64,000 nt of DNA from Armatimonadota bacterium (lineage in GTDB: Bacteria; Armatimonadota; UBA5829; DSUL01). Below, one piece after another: positions 1 to 9,746 of the stretch. The position numbers and the translations under genes are program-made. Position 1 is the stretch's first letter; each line of letters opens with the position of its first letter. The DNA lies in assembly GCA_039811685.1 (NCBI GenBank), contig JBDHZC010000006.1:96001-160000 (forward strand). The letters are read 5' to 3'. The notes under the pieces were generated by a model that had not been told where the DNA came from, ran no database searches, and saw nothing but the letters and a program-made list of their open reading frames with translations.

Positions 1-237
1 CTTTTTTGCCTGTCAAGTGCCACTGTCGCAATGAATCAGCGTGGCAAGCGACTGCAAATCGTGGAAGGGTTTCTTTGGAGTGTGAGGCGCCTGCCGAGGA
101 TTTGTGGCGGTGGGCGGTGGGCCACTCCGGAGACGCGGAGAGGGCAGAGTCCCGAAAAAGCTTGTGTGGACCGGACTTCTGATGTATCCTTACTATAGTC
201 ATCCACTAAGCGTAGTCCCTGCTGAAGGAGGTCCCCA

Positions 238-2655
238 CTGAAGTACCTGGCCTGTACCCTCGCACTTTTCTCTCTTCTTGGCATCACTCCCGCCTCGTCG
301 AACCCTTACGGTATCGCCGGAGCAGGGCAACTCTCAAAGCTCGGCATGCCCGCCGGATGTCTTGAATACTCATGGGATTCTCTGGGCCCTTCCTCGCAAA
401 TCGAGATGTGCCGGCCCAATCACTACTACGAATATCTCGGCATTGCGACGCGGTGGTGGGGCTGGAACCAGAATACAGGACAGATCAACAATCCCTCGCA
501 GCTTGCCACATGGATATCCACACATCCGGGCAAGATATGGATCATTGGGAACGAACCTGATCTGAACAGCCAGGACGGCCTGACGCGCGAACAGTACGCG
601 GCGATGTTCAAAACCTACTACGATTTCATTCGACCGCTGGATCCGAGCGCCAGGTTCGCTATTGCCGGAATTACCGGTGGGTCCAACAACTGGTCTCTGA
701 ACTACAGCATCGAGTGGTACGGCTACGTTCTCAACTACTATAAGACTACCTACGGATATCCGATGCCTGTGGACATCTGGAACGTTCACTCCTACGCCGG
801 GGCGATGCAGATTGAAGACCCGGACCAGCCGATTCGCGACTTTGTACAGCCCTTCGTCAACTGGTGTCACACGGTGGACAACGGTCGTTATGCGGGCGCA
901 GAGGTGTGGATCACTGAAATGCCAATCGGTGAGTGGATGGGCGCTCTCAATCAGGAGTGGATCATCTGGTTTGCTGAGCGCTATCTTCCACGCCTGGAAC
1001 AGTCAGGAGTTTCAAGGTGGTTCTGGTTTATCTCACAGGCCTGGGATTCCTACACGAACGTTGGACTGGTAAACTCAAACGGGACAGTGTCTGCGCTTGG
1101 GCAGGCGTACGCAAGCCTCGCAAACAGCTATCCCAACCCTGTTCCACCTGTGGAGCCATTTGTTCCACAACCCGCGCCACAGTACTTTCAGGACAGCTTC
1201 AGTTCCGGAGGACTCAGTGACCCGTGGATGGTCAAGGCGGGCGTCTGGGTGACGCAAGGTGGAGCAATTCGACAACAGCGAGTAAATCCTGAGTTCGAGG
1301 GCGAAACGTGTGTGCTCCAACACCGGTATTCCGATTTCTCAGCGGACCTGGACATGCGTGTCAACAACGCCACTGATACCGCAAACTGGGTTGGCTTCGT
1401 GTTTCGCATGAACGGGCGATTTGAGTCCATTACACGGAGCGGATACCTCGTTTACATGCGGCGCAACGGAGCAATCGGCCTTTATAACATCATTGACCAT
1501 ACCGTGCAGGAGATACCAGCCGCAGTAGCCGACGGATCGCAGTGGCAAAACTTCCGGGTTACCGTGGTTGGCTGGCGCATTCAGATCTGGGTGAACGGCG
1601 CGCTCCTGATAGACTGGACAGATACGAACCACCGCTTCGGTGAAGGGTATCTTGCGCTACAGGTCTACCGCACCGACAGCAGCTACCGCAATGTGCGCGT
1701 GACAAAGCTGCCGAATGGCCCGAGTGTTCTGCAGCCGGCCCTGACAAATAGCCAGGACACCCTTACGGCGTCCTGGGCGCTGGATCAGCCTCCCTGGGGG
1801 ATTACCGAAACGCAGTACGCTGTGGGGACTACTGCGGGAGGAACAGACACGCGGGGCTGGACCAGCGTGACCGGCAACACCCTCACCGCCACCAATCTAA
1901 GTCTGAATGCCGGCGCCAGATACTACGTTTCGGTGCGGTTCAAGGACACGTTCGGACTTTGGAGCAGCGCGGGTACTGGCGGTGGGACAACTGTTCTCCC
2001 GCCAAAGGGACAGCCCTCTCCGGTCGCCGCCGCCAAAATGAAGGCGGACGGGCAGCCCATTGAGCCGTTCATCGGTATTATCAGCGCGGGGACAGACGCT
2101 CTGGGGACCGTGCTTTATGTTCAGGACCTCGACCGCGCCTCTGGGATCCGGGTCGCGACGACAACTCCAATGACCGCAGGAACGGTTGTCAATGTGGCTG
2201 GAAAAGTAAGTAGTGTCGGCCCGGAGCGAACCATACTTCCAACCGGCATTACAGTGCTCGGCAGCTTGCCGCCACCCACCCCTTTACATCTTGCGGTGAT
2301 GAATGTTGGCGGCGCGGACTGGAAGAACAGCTCGGGCGGCGTCTATCAATATGGAGTTCCGCGCAGCCTGGCGCTGAATAACGTGGGTTTGCTCGTGAGT
2401 GTCTCCGGGCGAGTGACGGATTCGCGCGGATTTTCGTTGACGGTCTGGGACGGCTCCGCCTGGGATACCAGCAGTCCTCCGAAAGACATCTTCGGTTCAG
2501 ACGGAGTCCTGGTTGCGACGCGCGGCCTTGTGACGGTACCTCTGGGCGCAATGGTTAGAGTGACAGGAATCTCTTCGCTCAGAACAAGCGTTGCGGGAAT
2601 AGCGCCGCAGCTTCTTATCCGCACAGCCTCAGACGTGGAAGTGCTTACGCCCTAG
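238..2655 (+). CDS. Secreted multidomain glycoside hydrolase (clan GH-A catalytic domain + DUF1080-like beta-sandwich + FN3-like domain + C-terminal OB-fold-like module)
   Basis: WIIGNEPD (acid/base) and VWITEMP (nucleophile) clan GH-A motifs. The ORF track starts at ATG 346, but the frame is open to a CTG at 238 that follows AAGGAGGT (225-232) and adds a signal peptide (KYLACTLALFSLLGITPASS). Confidence 0.8.
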   Translation: MKYLACTLALFSLLGITPASSNPYGIAGAGQLSKLGMPAGCLEYSWDSLGPSSQIEMCRPNHYYEYLGIATRWWGWNQNTGQINNPSQLATWISTHPGKIWIIGNEPDLNSQDGLTREQYAAMFKTYYDFIRPLDPSARFAIAGITGGSNNWSLNYSIEWYGYVLNYYKTTYGYPMPVDIWNVHSYAGAMQIEDPDQPIRDFVQPFVNWCHTVDNGRYAGAEVWITEMPIGEWMGALNQEWIIWFAERYLPRLEQSGVSRWFWFISQAWDSYTNVGLVNSNGTVSALGQAYASLANSYPNPVPPVEPFVPQPAPQYFQDSFSSGGLSDPWMVKAGVWVTQGGAIRQQRVNPEFEGETCVLQHRYSDFSADLDMRVNNATDTANWVGFVFRMNGRFESITRSGYLVYMRRNGAIGLYNIIDHTVQEIPAAVADGSQWQNFRVTVVGWRIQIWVNGALLIDWTDTNHRFGEGYLALQVYRTDSSYRNVRVTKLPNGPSVLQPALTNSQDTLTASWALDQPPWGITETQYAVGTTAGGTDTRGWTSVTGNTLTATNLSLNAGARYYVSVRFKDTFGLWSSAGTGGGTTVLPPKGQPSPVAAAKMKADGQPIEPFIGIISAGTDALGTVLYVQDLDRASGIRVATTTPMTAGTVVNVAGKVSSVGPERTILPTGITVLGSLPPPTPLHLAVMNVGGADWKNSSGGVYQYGVPRSLALNNVGLLVSVSGRVTDSRGFSLTVWDGSAWDTSSPPKDIFGSDGVLVATRGLVTVPLGAMVRVTGISSLRTSVAGIAPQLLIRTASDVEVLTP

Positions 2656-2834
2656 AGCAGTTTTGACAACTCTGGCGAGCTCAGGCAGCGGCGAATCGCC
2701 TGCCTGGAGTGGAGAGAAACTCCGCGCCAAATTGAGAAGCCGGATGCCTGAAGAAATACTTCTTCTGCCCAGACATCGACCAAGGCTCACCCAATGCGTG
2801 TGATGTGAAAGCAGAGAGCGAGCCCTGGAACGAA

Positions 2835-3491
2835 TCAGGAAGGAAGCAGCGTGTAGAACGTATAGTTTTCCGCGCTTTTTAGACGTCCATACGGATAGTA
2901 CTGCACGTGCCCGTCATAGAAGAGGAAGTTCAGTCCTTCTCCATTGTTGTGCGTGTAGTGATCCTGCACTGGCGGGTCGTGATCGTCCTGATAATTGGTG
3001 CTGCCCAGGACGTTTCCGGCAATGTGCCATTCAGTGAGAAGCACCCACTGCGCCGCACTCCCTGGAATTTCCGAAAGTTTGATTCCTCTTCCGTACCTGC
3101 CATCTTTGAGCGCGCGCTGATCGTTCATTGAGTAGCTGCGCGGCAACTTACCAGGTTGGCGCTTCACGCCGTCACTAGGACAGCGAAACAGCTTTTCCGA
3201 CTTGACATACGATTGGATCATCGTATCCCAGCTCGCCCATCCTCCTCCACTCAACGGAGCGGCGCTCGCGGGATAGAAGCCCTGGTTATCATCCGCGTAC
3301 TGCAGAAATGCCAGACCAAGCTGCTTCTCGTTGTTCATACAGGAAGTCCGCCGTGCGGATTCACGGGCCCGGCTGAAAACCGGGAAAAGAATCGCTGCCA
3401 GAATTGCGATAATCGCGATAACGACCAGTAACTCAATGAGCGTAAAGGCGGCCACGCTCCGTCGAGCGCGACCAGTTGCTCTGTGATGCAT
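2835..3491 (-). CDS. Prepilin-type N-terminal cleavage/methylation domain protein, DUF1559 family, with C-terminal H-X-DG motif
   Basis: [46 protein letters not shown]-terminal [16 protein letters not shown]. Start taken at ATG 3491. Confidence 0.9.
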   Translation of the reverse strand: MHHRATGRARRSVAAFTLIELLVVIAIIAILAAILFPVFSRARESARRTSCMNNEKQLGLAFLQYADDNQGFYPASAAPLSGGGWASWDTMIQSYVKSEKLFRCPSDGVKRQPGKLPRSYSMNDQRALKDGRYGRGIKLSEIPGSAAQWVLLTEWHIAGNVLGSTNYQDDHDPPVQDHYTHNNGEGLNFLFYDGHVQYYPYGRLKSAENYTFYTLLPS

Positions 3492-3814
3492 GTCAGTGTC
3501 CCCCAATAACAATGACTGTCAACCCGCGTAACAGGTTCCAGTCATATAGCCGAAGGCCTTGCTGTGGCTGCGCCACCTTGTGTCGAAACCAGCTCGTTTG
3601 CACAAGCGGCCGTTCTGGCAGCGCGACTGCTGAAAGCGCAGCGCTACTGCAGTCGAGCCAGAATACCATATCGCCCGGAGAATTTACAAATCCCTTTTCA
3701 TACGCGCCACAGATTCTCACTCTCAACCTCTACCAATTAGCATGCTATCAGCGTAACAGGTTGCGGAACAGTGCCGCCAGGATGGAGAAACGCCCGCCAG
3801 GCGGAGCTTCCGCG

Positions 3815-3843
3815 TTGAAGGCGCCAGGCGCTCATGATATAAT
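3815..3843 (+). promoter_or_regulatory. Sigma-70 promoter of the rpmH operon
   Basis: TTGAAG-17 nt-TATAAT with an extended -10 (TGaTATAAT), 30 nt upstream of the rpmH ATG. Confidence 0.8.
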
Positions 3844-3873
3844 GCGGCACGCGAAAAGTCTTCGGAGACAGGA

Positions 3874-4020
3874 ATGAAAAGAACGTATCAACCCAAGGTG
3901 CGGCGCAAAATGCGTGTGCACGGATTCATGAGCAGAATGTCCACTAAAGGTGGCGTCAACGTTATCAAGCGTCGCAGGCTGCGCGGACGCAAGCGGCTGA
4001 CTGTGCGGCGCATGGGCTAG
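3874..4020 (+). CDS. rpmH: 50S ribosomal protein L34 (48 aa; below the ORF-track cut-off)
   Basis: Hand translation: [48 protein letters not shown]. Lies directly upstream of rnpA. Confidence 0.98.
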   Translation: MKRTYQPKVRRKMRVHGFMSRMSTKGGVNVIKRRRLRGRKRLTVRRMG

Positions 4021-4046
4021 CGGGAAACCTTCAGGCAAAGAGGCTC

Positions 4047-4511
4047 TTGCTCTCACAAACACACAGGCTGAAGGCTGATCGGGATTTCCGCTTGGTTCAC
4101 GGACGCGGACGCAAGTTCGTCACCCCTTACTTTTTTGCGCGCGCGCTTCAGAGAATGTCCCGGGTGGAGGGAGGCCAGGAGCCTCGCGGAGCGCGTTTTG
4201 GTTTTTCAGCCTCGGAGCGCGTGGGCTCCGCCGTAGTCCGAAACAGAGCCAAGCGCCGGCTCAGGGAAGCAACACGCACATACTTGAGCCAGACGGCGCG
4301 CGGCGGTGGCGAAATAGTCGGGTGTAAAGACTCGATCGCGGGGTGGGACTTCGTCATAAGCGCCCGGGAAGCCGCCGCAACAGCCCCTTTTTCTGACCTG
4401 GTGACTGAGATTGAGCGCGCGATACGCAATCTGAGCTCCGCAAACAAGCCCACGCAACGGCAACCGCGCAGACACTCGTTGCAGAATGGACGCGATGGAG
4501 TCAACACATAA
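4047..4511 (+). CDS. rnpA: Ribonuclease P protein component
   Basis: [36 protein letters not shown] (RNR motif), WDFVISAR; conserved synteny. Confidence 0.95.
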   Translation: MLSQTHRLKADRDFRLVHGRGRKFVTPYFFARALQRMSRVEGGQEPRGARFGFSASERVGSAVVRNRAKRRLREATRTYLSQTARGGGEIVGCKDSIAGWDFVISAREAAATAPFSDLVTEIERAIRNLSSANKPTQRQPRRHSLQNGRDGVNT

Positions 4512-4752
4512 CCCGGCCCAGAATGCTGCCCACAGATCGCCTGTGCAATCAGCAGCCCTGTTCGCAATCAGAGGCGTGTACCAGAGGCTCTCTGCAGTTA
4601 CCCCGAAAGTGTGCCGATTCCAACCGTCCTGCTCGGAATACATGGCCCAGGCTATCGAGAAGTATGGCGTGCTCGTCGGATTCTGGATGGGCTTGAAGAG
4701 GCTGCTGAGATGCCATCCTTTTCACGAGGGCGGCTTTGACCCTGTTGAGTAG
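4486..4752 (+). CDS. yidD: Membrane protein insertion efficiency factor YidD
   Basis: [10 protein letters not shown]...[16 protein letters not shown] signature. Confidence 0.96.
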   Translation: MDAMESTHNPAQNAAHRSPVQSAALFAIRGVYQRLSAVTPKVCRFQPSCSEYMAQAIEKYGVLVGFWMGLKRLLRCHPFHEGGFDPVE

Positions 4753-4776
4753 GCGGGTCGCCAAGGAGTTTTTTTA

Positions 4777-5994
4777 TTGTTTTTGAGACGCACCGTATCC
4801 ATTGGCGCTGCCGTCGCGAGCGTTCTGCTGGTGTTCATGGCTTCACAATCGGGGCGCGCGGACACCGCGGTGGATTCACAGCTTGCCAGTATACAAAGGT
4901 CCATCTCGGAAGCCGCCGCCAAGCCAGACAAGCCTCGGCGCAAAGCACTGGATGATCTGAACACGAAGCTCCAGAGTATTGTCAAGGCAAACTCGGCGGA
5001 TACGGTTGTGACGCACCACGCGCAGCTTCTTCAAGCCGAGATACTGGAGAAGCGGGACAAAGACCCCGTGAGCGGCTCACAGCACCAGGCGGCCGTAGCG
5101 TACCGCCGGCTGGTAGTGACAGCAGGTCCCGGGGCTATGCAGGGGCATCCGCATGACGGATGGCCTGATGAGTACGTCCAGCAGGCGTATGAACAGTACA
5201 AGCTGAGCGCGACCCGCATCGACAAGGCGAACCAGAGCAAGCTCGAGTACAGATTTCTGGACTTTCTTGTCTCGCTGACAGGCCGGAATAAGCACTACAG
5301 CTACTGGCTGGCGATTTTTGCGGTGACGCTTCTGGTCAAGCTGATTATCACGCCTCTATCTCACATGCAGTTTGAGTCTATGCGCAATATGCAAAGACTC
5401 CAACCGAAGCTGGAGAAGCTGCGCAAGGAGTTGGAAGACGACCCGCGCGAGTTTCAAAAGCAGCAGTGGCAGCTCTTCAAAGACTACAATGCCAATCCCC
5501 TGATGGGGTGTCTGCCGCTGCTTGTCCAGCTTCCTTTTCTGATGCTGCTGTACCGGATGATTCGCGTCTATGAGTTCCAGTTCGCAAAAGGCGACTTTCT
5601 CTGGATCGGCAGCGCTTTATCAATGAAAGTCCCGGGTATAGGAGCGAGCCTGGCAGATCCGGACTGGATTCTGCTGGTGCTCTACGGGGTGAGCATGTAC
5701 ATTTCCACCAAGATGAGCTCAGCGGCAACGGTGGACAAAGCTCAGGCCGACCAGCAGAAGATGATGGCCTTTCTGATGCCTGTCATGCTTTTGTTCTTCT
5801 TCAAAGACTTCGAGTCCGCGTTCATTCTTTACTGGCTCGTTCTGAACATTCTCACGACGACTCAGCAGTATTTTATGCTGAACAAGCCAGTCCCTGCGCT
5901 AGCCCTTGAAGATGAAGAGCCTGTTATCACTCCGGTCCAAGCCACAGCCGCTGTGGCTGCTACTAAGGGGCCACGCCCTCGGAAGAGGAAGTGA
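4777..5994 (+). CDS. yidC: Membrane protein insertase YidC/Oxa1
   Basis: MQRLQPKLEKL, NPLMGCLPLLVQLP, LYW motifs; TTG start after AAGGAG; synteny. Confidence 0.95.
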   Translation: MFLRRTVSIGAAVASVLLVFMASQSGRADTAVDSQLASIQRSISEAAAKPDKPRRKALDDLNTKLQSIVKANSADTVVTHHAQLLQAEILEKRDKDPVSGSQHQAAVAYRRLVVTAGPGAMQGHPHDGWPDEYVQQAYEQYKLSATRIDKANQSKLEYRFLDFLVSLTGRNKHYSYWLAIFAVTLLVKLIITPLSHMQFESMRNMQRLQPKLEKLRKELEDDPREFQKQQWQLFKDYNANPLMGCLPLLVQLPFLMLLYRMIRVYEFQFAKGDFLWIGSALSMKVPGIGASLADPDWILLVLYGVSMYISTKMSSAATVDKAQADQQKMMAFLMPVMLLFFFKDFESAFILYWLVLNILTTTQQYFMLNKPVPALALEDEEPVITPVQATAAVAATKGPRPRKRK

Positions 5995-6117
5995 CCGGCC
6001 CGGACAGATCCCGATGCTCTCGGGCGTGCTGGCGGCGTCGAAGACTGTTCTCGCGCACCTATAGATTGCCGAGAATTGGCGACGCTGCAGCGTGCAGAAA
6101 GGTACACACATAGAAAG

Positions 6118-7431
6118 ATGCGCAGTGTTGAGACAACTGGCAAAACGATTGAAGAAGCAAAGCAGAAGGCCGTTCAAGAGCTGAATGTGCCTGAGCAGGA
6201 GATTGAGTTTGAGGTGCTGGAAGTCGGCGCTAAGGGGCTGTTTGGACTGCTTGGCGGAGCCCCGGCCAGAGTGCGGGCGACGCATTATGAGATCAAGCGC
6301 CACCGCCTCTCCTCAACGCAGGCATCCCCACGCGTAGGCTCTCCCATTGTCGAAGAAGAGGATTCCGGCGCCCGGTCTCACCGGGGAAGGTCCCGATCCA
6401 GCCGATCAGGCGATACCGGAAGGAGCGAAGGACGCGGGCGCAGCCGAGGCGAGGGACGATCCGGCGAACGGCAGTCTGGTGATCGCGCAGACTCAACCCA
6501 GCAGCATTCGGACGACGGACGCGCCCGGCGCGACCGGTCGAGCCAAAGAACGGACCGAGCGGCTTCGAGCAGGACAACTCCTGATCACCCTCAGCCCACA
6601 TCGGCTTCGGAGTCCGAGTCCCGGCCGAAACCGCAGGAGAGCAGTAGAGGTTCTCGAGGCGCTCGCTCGTCGCGGGAGAGTGGCCGCGGCGCAGCAAGAT
6701 CCGGCGCTGACGGCGGGCAAAGGCTTGAGAGCCAACACAGCTCTGACGAACGAAGCGCCGAGCAAGAGTCTTCCCGTGAGCGCAGGCAGTCTGGCGAAAG
6801 ACAGACGTCTTCCACGCGATCTTCGGGGGGTAGGAGATCGTCACGAGCTTCGTCGTCGTCAGAGACGAGGCCGTCAGTCGCAAAGTCATCCGACAAAAAC
6901 AAACAGGAAGCAGGGACGGACAAAGTGAACATTGAGGCGCGTTCGGAAGAGGCGTTGGCGCTTGTGAACAGGATTCTGGATGCTGGAGAGCTGGGCGCCA
7001 GGGCGCAGATCGCCACCGCCAATGCCAGCGGCAATGCCGGTGGCAAGGCCGACGGCAACGGTCACGACGGAATCGACATTGACATTGAAGGCGGTGACAG
7101 CGCCCTGCTGGTCGGGCGTCAGGGACAGTGTCTGGATGCGCTGCAATTTCTGGTAGGCATTATCGTCAACAGACGCAGTGACAGCAGAGTGCGCGTCACT
7201 CTGGACGCAGACGGCTTTCGGCGAAAGCATCGAGAAACGCTCGAAGCAACCGCCCTGGACCTCGCGCAGCAGGTCATCGAGCACAACCAGGAAGCCGAAC
7301 TGGAGCCACTGCCGGCTCGAGATCGACTCATTATTCATAACGTGCTCAAAGGACACGCGGGCGTCTACACGTACAGTGAGGGCGAAGGCGAGGATCGGCA
7401 CGTGATTATCTCGCCGAAAGAGTCCGAGTAG
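6118..7431 (+). CDS. jag: RNA-binding protein Jag/EloR/KhpB (Jag_N - long low-complexity linker - KH - R3H)
   Basis: MRSVETTGKTIEEA...GLFG (Jag_N), LVGRQGQCLDALQ (KH), RLIIH...SEGEGEDRHV (R3H). Confidence 0.93.
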   Translation: MRSVETTGKTIEEAKQKAVQELNVPEQEIEFEVLEVGAKGLFGLLGGAPARVRATHYEIKRHRLSSTQASPRVGSPIVEEEDSGARSHRGRSRSSRSGDTGRSEGRGRSRGEGRSGERQSGDRADSTQQHSDDGRARRDRSSQRTDRAASSRTTPDHPQPTSASESESRPKPQESSRGSRGARSSRESGRGAARSGADGGQRLESQHSSDERSAEQESSRERRQSGERQTSSTRSSGGRRSSRASSSSETRPSVAKSSDKNKQEAGTDKVNIEARSEEALALVNRILDAGELGARAQIATANASGNAGGKADGNGHDGIDIDIEGGDSALLVGRQGQCLDALQFLVGIIVNRRSDSRVRVTLDADGFRRKHRETLEATALDLAQQVIEHNQEAELEPLPARDRLIIHNVLKGHAGVYTYSEGEGEDRHVIISPKESE

Positions 7432-7587
7432 GCATGTGGGCGCGCCTGCTCACGCAGCGCAAATGAGTGTGTTGCCATATCCAGCACCCCCGTCTGACGC
7501 TTGGCGCTGAGGCTGTGAGGCCGTGAACAAGAAGCCTGGTCGCTCCCGGGAGCGCACTGTTTTGTCTCTTTGACTCATCTGTCAGTT

Positions 7588-8943
7588 ATGTCTGCTTCGG
7601 ACACAATCGCGGCACTGGCGACAGCTCCAGGGATGGGGGCTGTCGCCATTGTTCGCATTAGCGGCCCACTGTGCCTGCAAATTGCAGAGTCAGTTGGCAG
7701 GCTGACGCCAGAGACCCTGAAGCCTCGAAGCGCGCGCCTGGCGGGAGTGCGCTCTCGGGACGGCGACGAGGTGGACAGAGCGCTCTACACTTTCTATCCT
7801 CAGCCCGCCAGCTTTACAGGAGAAGACTGTCTGGAGATATCCTGTCACGGCGGGTATGCCGCTGTACAGGCCGTGCTTGCAGCAGTCATGAGCGCAGGAG
7901 CGCGGCCTGCCGAACCGGGTGAGTTTACGCGGCGCGCTTTTGTAAACGGCAAAATGGACCTCGCACAGGCCGAGGCCGTAAACCAGCTTATCAGGGCCAG
8001 AACGCAGACGCAGCGCGCGGCCGCCAAGCACACGCTGGACGGCGCGCTTTCTCACCGCGTGAGAGGTTGCTCAGAAGTTATCACACGCATTGCAGCGACC
8101 CTTGAAGCCAGCATAGACTTTCCGGAAGACGTGGATGAGCCTGATCGCGCGGTGCTAGCAGCCGAGCTCAGCGCGGCGATCGAGTCACTGGAGCGCACAG
8201 TTGAGCTGGCGTCCAGGGGGCGCATGCTCTCTGCGGGCATACGCATGGCTATTGTCGGACGCCCTAACGTCGGAAAGTCCTCACTCCTGAATCTTCTTGC
8301 TACGCGCCCAAGAGCCATCGTGAGCGATATCCCCGGAACAACAAGAGATTTTCTGGAAGAGACTGTAGAGATCGGCGGTCTCTGTGTGCTGGCGATAGAC
8401 ACGGCGGGCATTCGAGACACAGCGGACATTGTTGAACAGGAAGGGGTAAAAAGGGCTCTGGAAACGCTGGAGCAGGCGGACATTGGGCTGATCGTGCTGG
8501 ACGCTTCAGAGGGTTTGAGGCAGGTGGACATCGAGGTTCTGGACAAGGCCGGAGATCGGGCAGTGGCAGTCTGGAACAAGACGGATATCGTGCGCGCCTC
8601 CCCGGACGACCCGCGAATTCCTCCCAGCGTGCCGTGCGTGCGAATGTGCGCCTTGTCAGGCGAAGGGCTCCCTGAACTGGAAGTGGCGGTAATATCCCGG
8701 CTGGGCGCGGGCAGCGGCTTTTTCGACGAGGCTCTGGCGGCCACCCAGCGGCAGGTCGCAGCGCTTGAGCGAGCGCGGGAACATCTGCGTGTAGCGGAAG
8801 AAGCTGTCCGGTCGCCTTACGCGCTGGATCTGGCCGCTATTCAGATTCAGACAGCACGCGGCGCTCTGGCTGAGATTACAGGCGAAAATGTGGTGGACAG
8901 CCTGATTGACACGATCTTCTCGACCTTTTGTATCGGAAAGTGA
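7588..8943 (+). CDS. mnmE: tRNA modification GTPase MnmE
   Basis: DTIAALATAPG, SFTGED, GEFTRRAF, GRPNVGKSS, GTTRD, DTAG, NKTD, C-terminal FCIGK. Confidence 0.98.
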   Translation: MSASDTIAALATAPGMGAVAIVRISGPLCLQIAESVGRLTPETLKPRSARLAGVRSRDGDEVDRALYTFYPQPASFTGEDCLEISCHGGYAAVQAVLAAVMSAGARPAEPGEFTRRAFVNGKMDLAQAEAVNQLIRARTQTQRAAAKHTLDGALSHRVRGCSEVITRIAATLEASIDFPEDVDEPDRAVLAAELSAAIESLERTVELASRGRMLSAGIRMAIVGRPNVGKSSLLNLLATRPRAIVSDIPGTTRDFLEETVEIGGLCVLAIDTAGIRDTADIVEQEGVKRALETLEQADIGLIVLDASEGLRQVDIEVLDKAGDRAVAVWNKTDIVRASPDDPRIPPSVPCVRMCALSGEGLPELEVAVISRLGAGSGFFDEALAATQRQVAALERAREHLRVAEEAVRSPYALDLAAIQIQTARGALAEITGENVVDSLIDTIFSTFCIGK

Positions 8944-9042
8944 GTGAAGGTCTGCTCCAGAGAACAGGCGTTGGAGATATCTTGTGCAGGCGGATGAGTT
9001 ACCCCACCCCGCAAAAAGACAAAGCTACGTGAGAACAGCTCT

Positions 9043-9738
9043 ATGTGCGGACGATACACACTGACCGAAGTCAGCCCGGAGGCGCTTAGGAAGATATTTC
9101 TTCTCCAGCACGTGCCTGAGCTTAGACCGCGCTACAACATCGCTCCCAGCCAGGACATTGCGGTAATCAGAGAAGGCCGCGACACGGGCGCTCGCAACGT
9201 GGAGATGCTGCACTGGGGGCTCATTCCGTCCTGGGCAAAAGAGGAGAAAATCGGCAATCGGATGATCAACTTGCGCGCCGAAACAGTCGCGCAAAAGCCA
9301 GGATTCAAAGGAGCGTTTCGCTACAGGCGCTGCCTGATACCCGCAGACGGCTTTTACGAATGGGCACTACCAGACTCCAGCCCCCGCAAACAGCCCGTGT
9401 ACATCAGGAGAATCGACGCGCAGCCTTTCGCGTTTGGTGGTCTGTGGGATCGGTGGGTGAGCCCGGACGGAGCTGATATCGAGTCCTGCACGATCATTAC
9501 GACACAGCCAAACAACCTCATCAGTCCGCTGCACGACAGGATGCCCGTGATCATTGGGCCACAGAACTACGCGGAGTGGCTCAGCCCGGAAAACCACGAC
9601 ACCCAGACTCTGCTGCGGCTGTTGGCGCCCTCCCCATCAGAGGAGTTGGAAGCGTACCCGGTGAGTCCAATCGTCAACAATCCGCGCAACGAAGACCCCG
9701 CGTGTATCGCACCCTTGGCACAACCGAGCGGCCAGTAA
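9043..9738 (+). CDS. SOS response-associated peptidase (SRAP/YedK/HMCES family; abasic-site processing)
   Basis: N-terminal MCGRY, RYNIAP, WGLIPSW, RRCLIPADGFYEW, HDRMPVI. Confidence 0.95.
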   Translation: MCGRYTLTEVSPEALRKIFLLQHVPELRPRYNIAPSQDIAVIREGRDTGARNVEMLHWGLIPSWAKEEKIGNRMINLRAETVAQKPGFKGAFRYRRCLIPADGFYEWALPDSSPRKQPVYIRRIDAQPFAFGGLWDRWVSPDGADIESCTIITTQPNNLISPLHDRMPVIIGPQNYAEWLSPENHDTQTLLRLLAPSPSEELEAYPVSPIVNNPRNEDPACIAPLAQPSGQ

Positions 9739-9746
9739 GGAATTCG

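Noticed and set aside
3513..3873. oriC upstream of rpmH
   Set aside because: Only an isolated near-match to a DnaA box (GTTTGCACA) was seen, with no AT-rich unwinding element.
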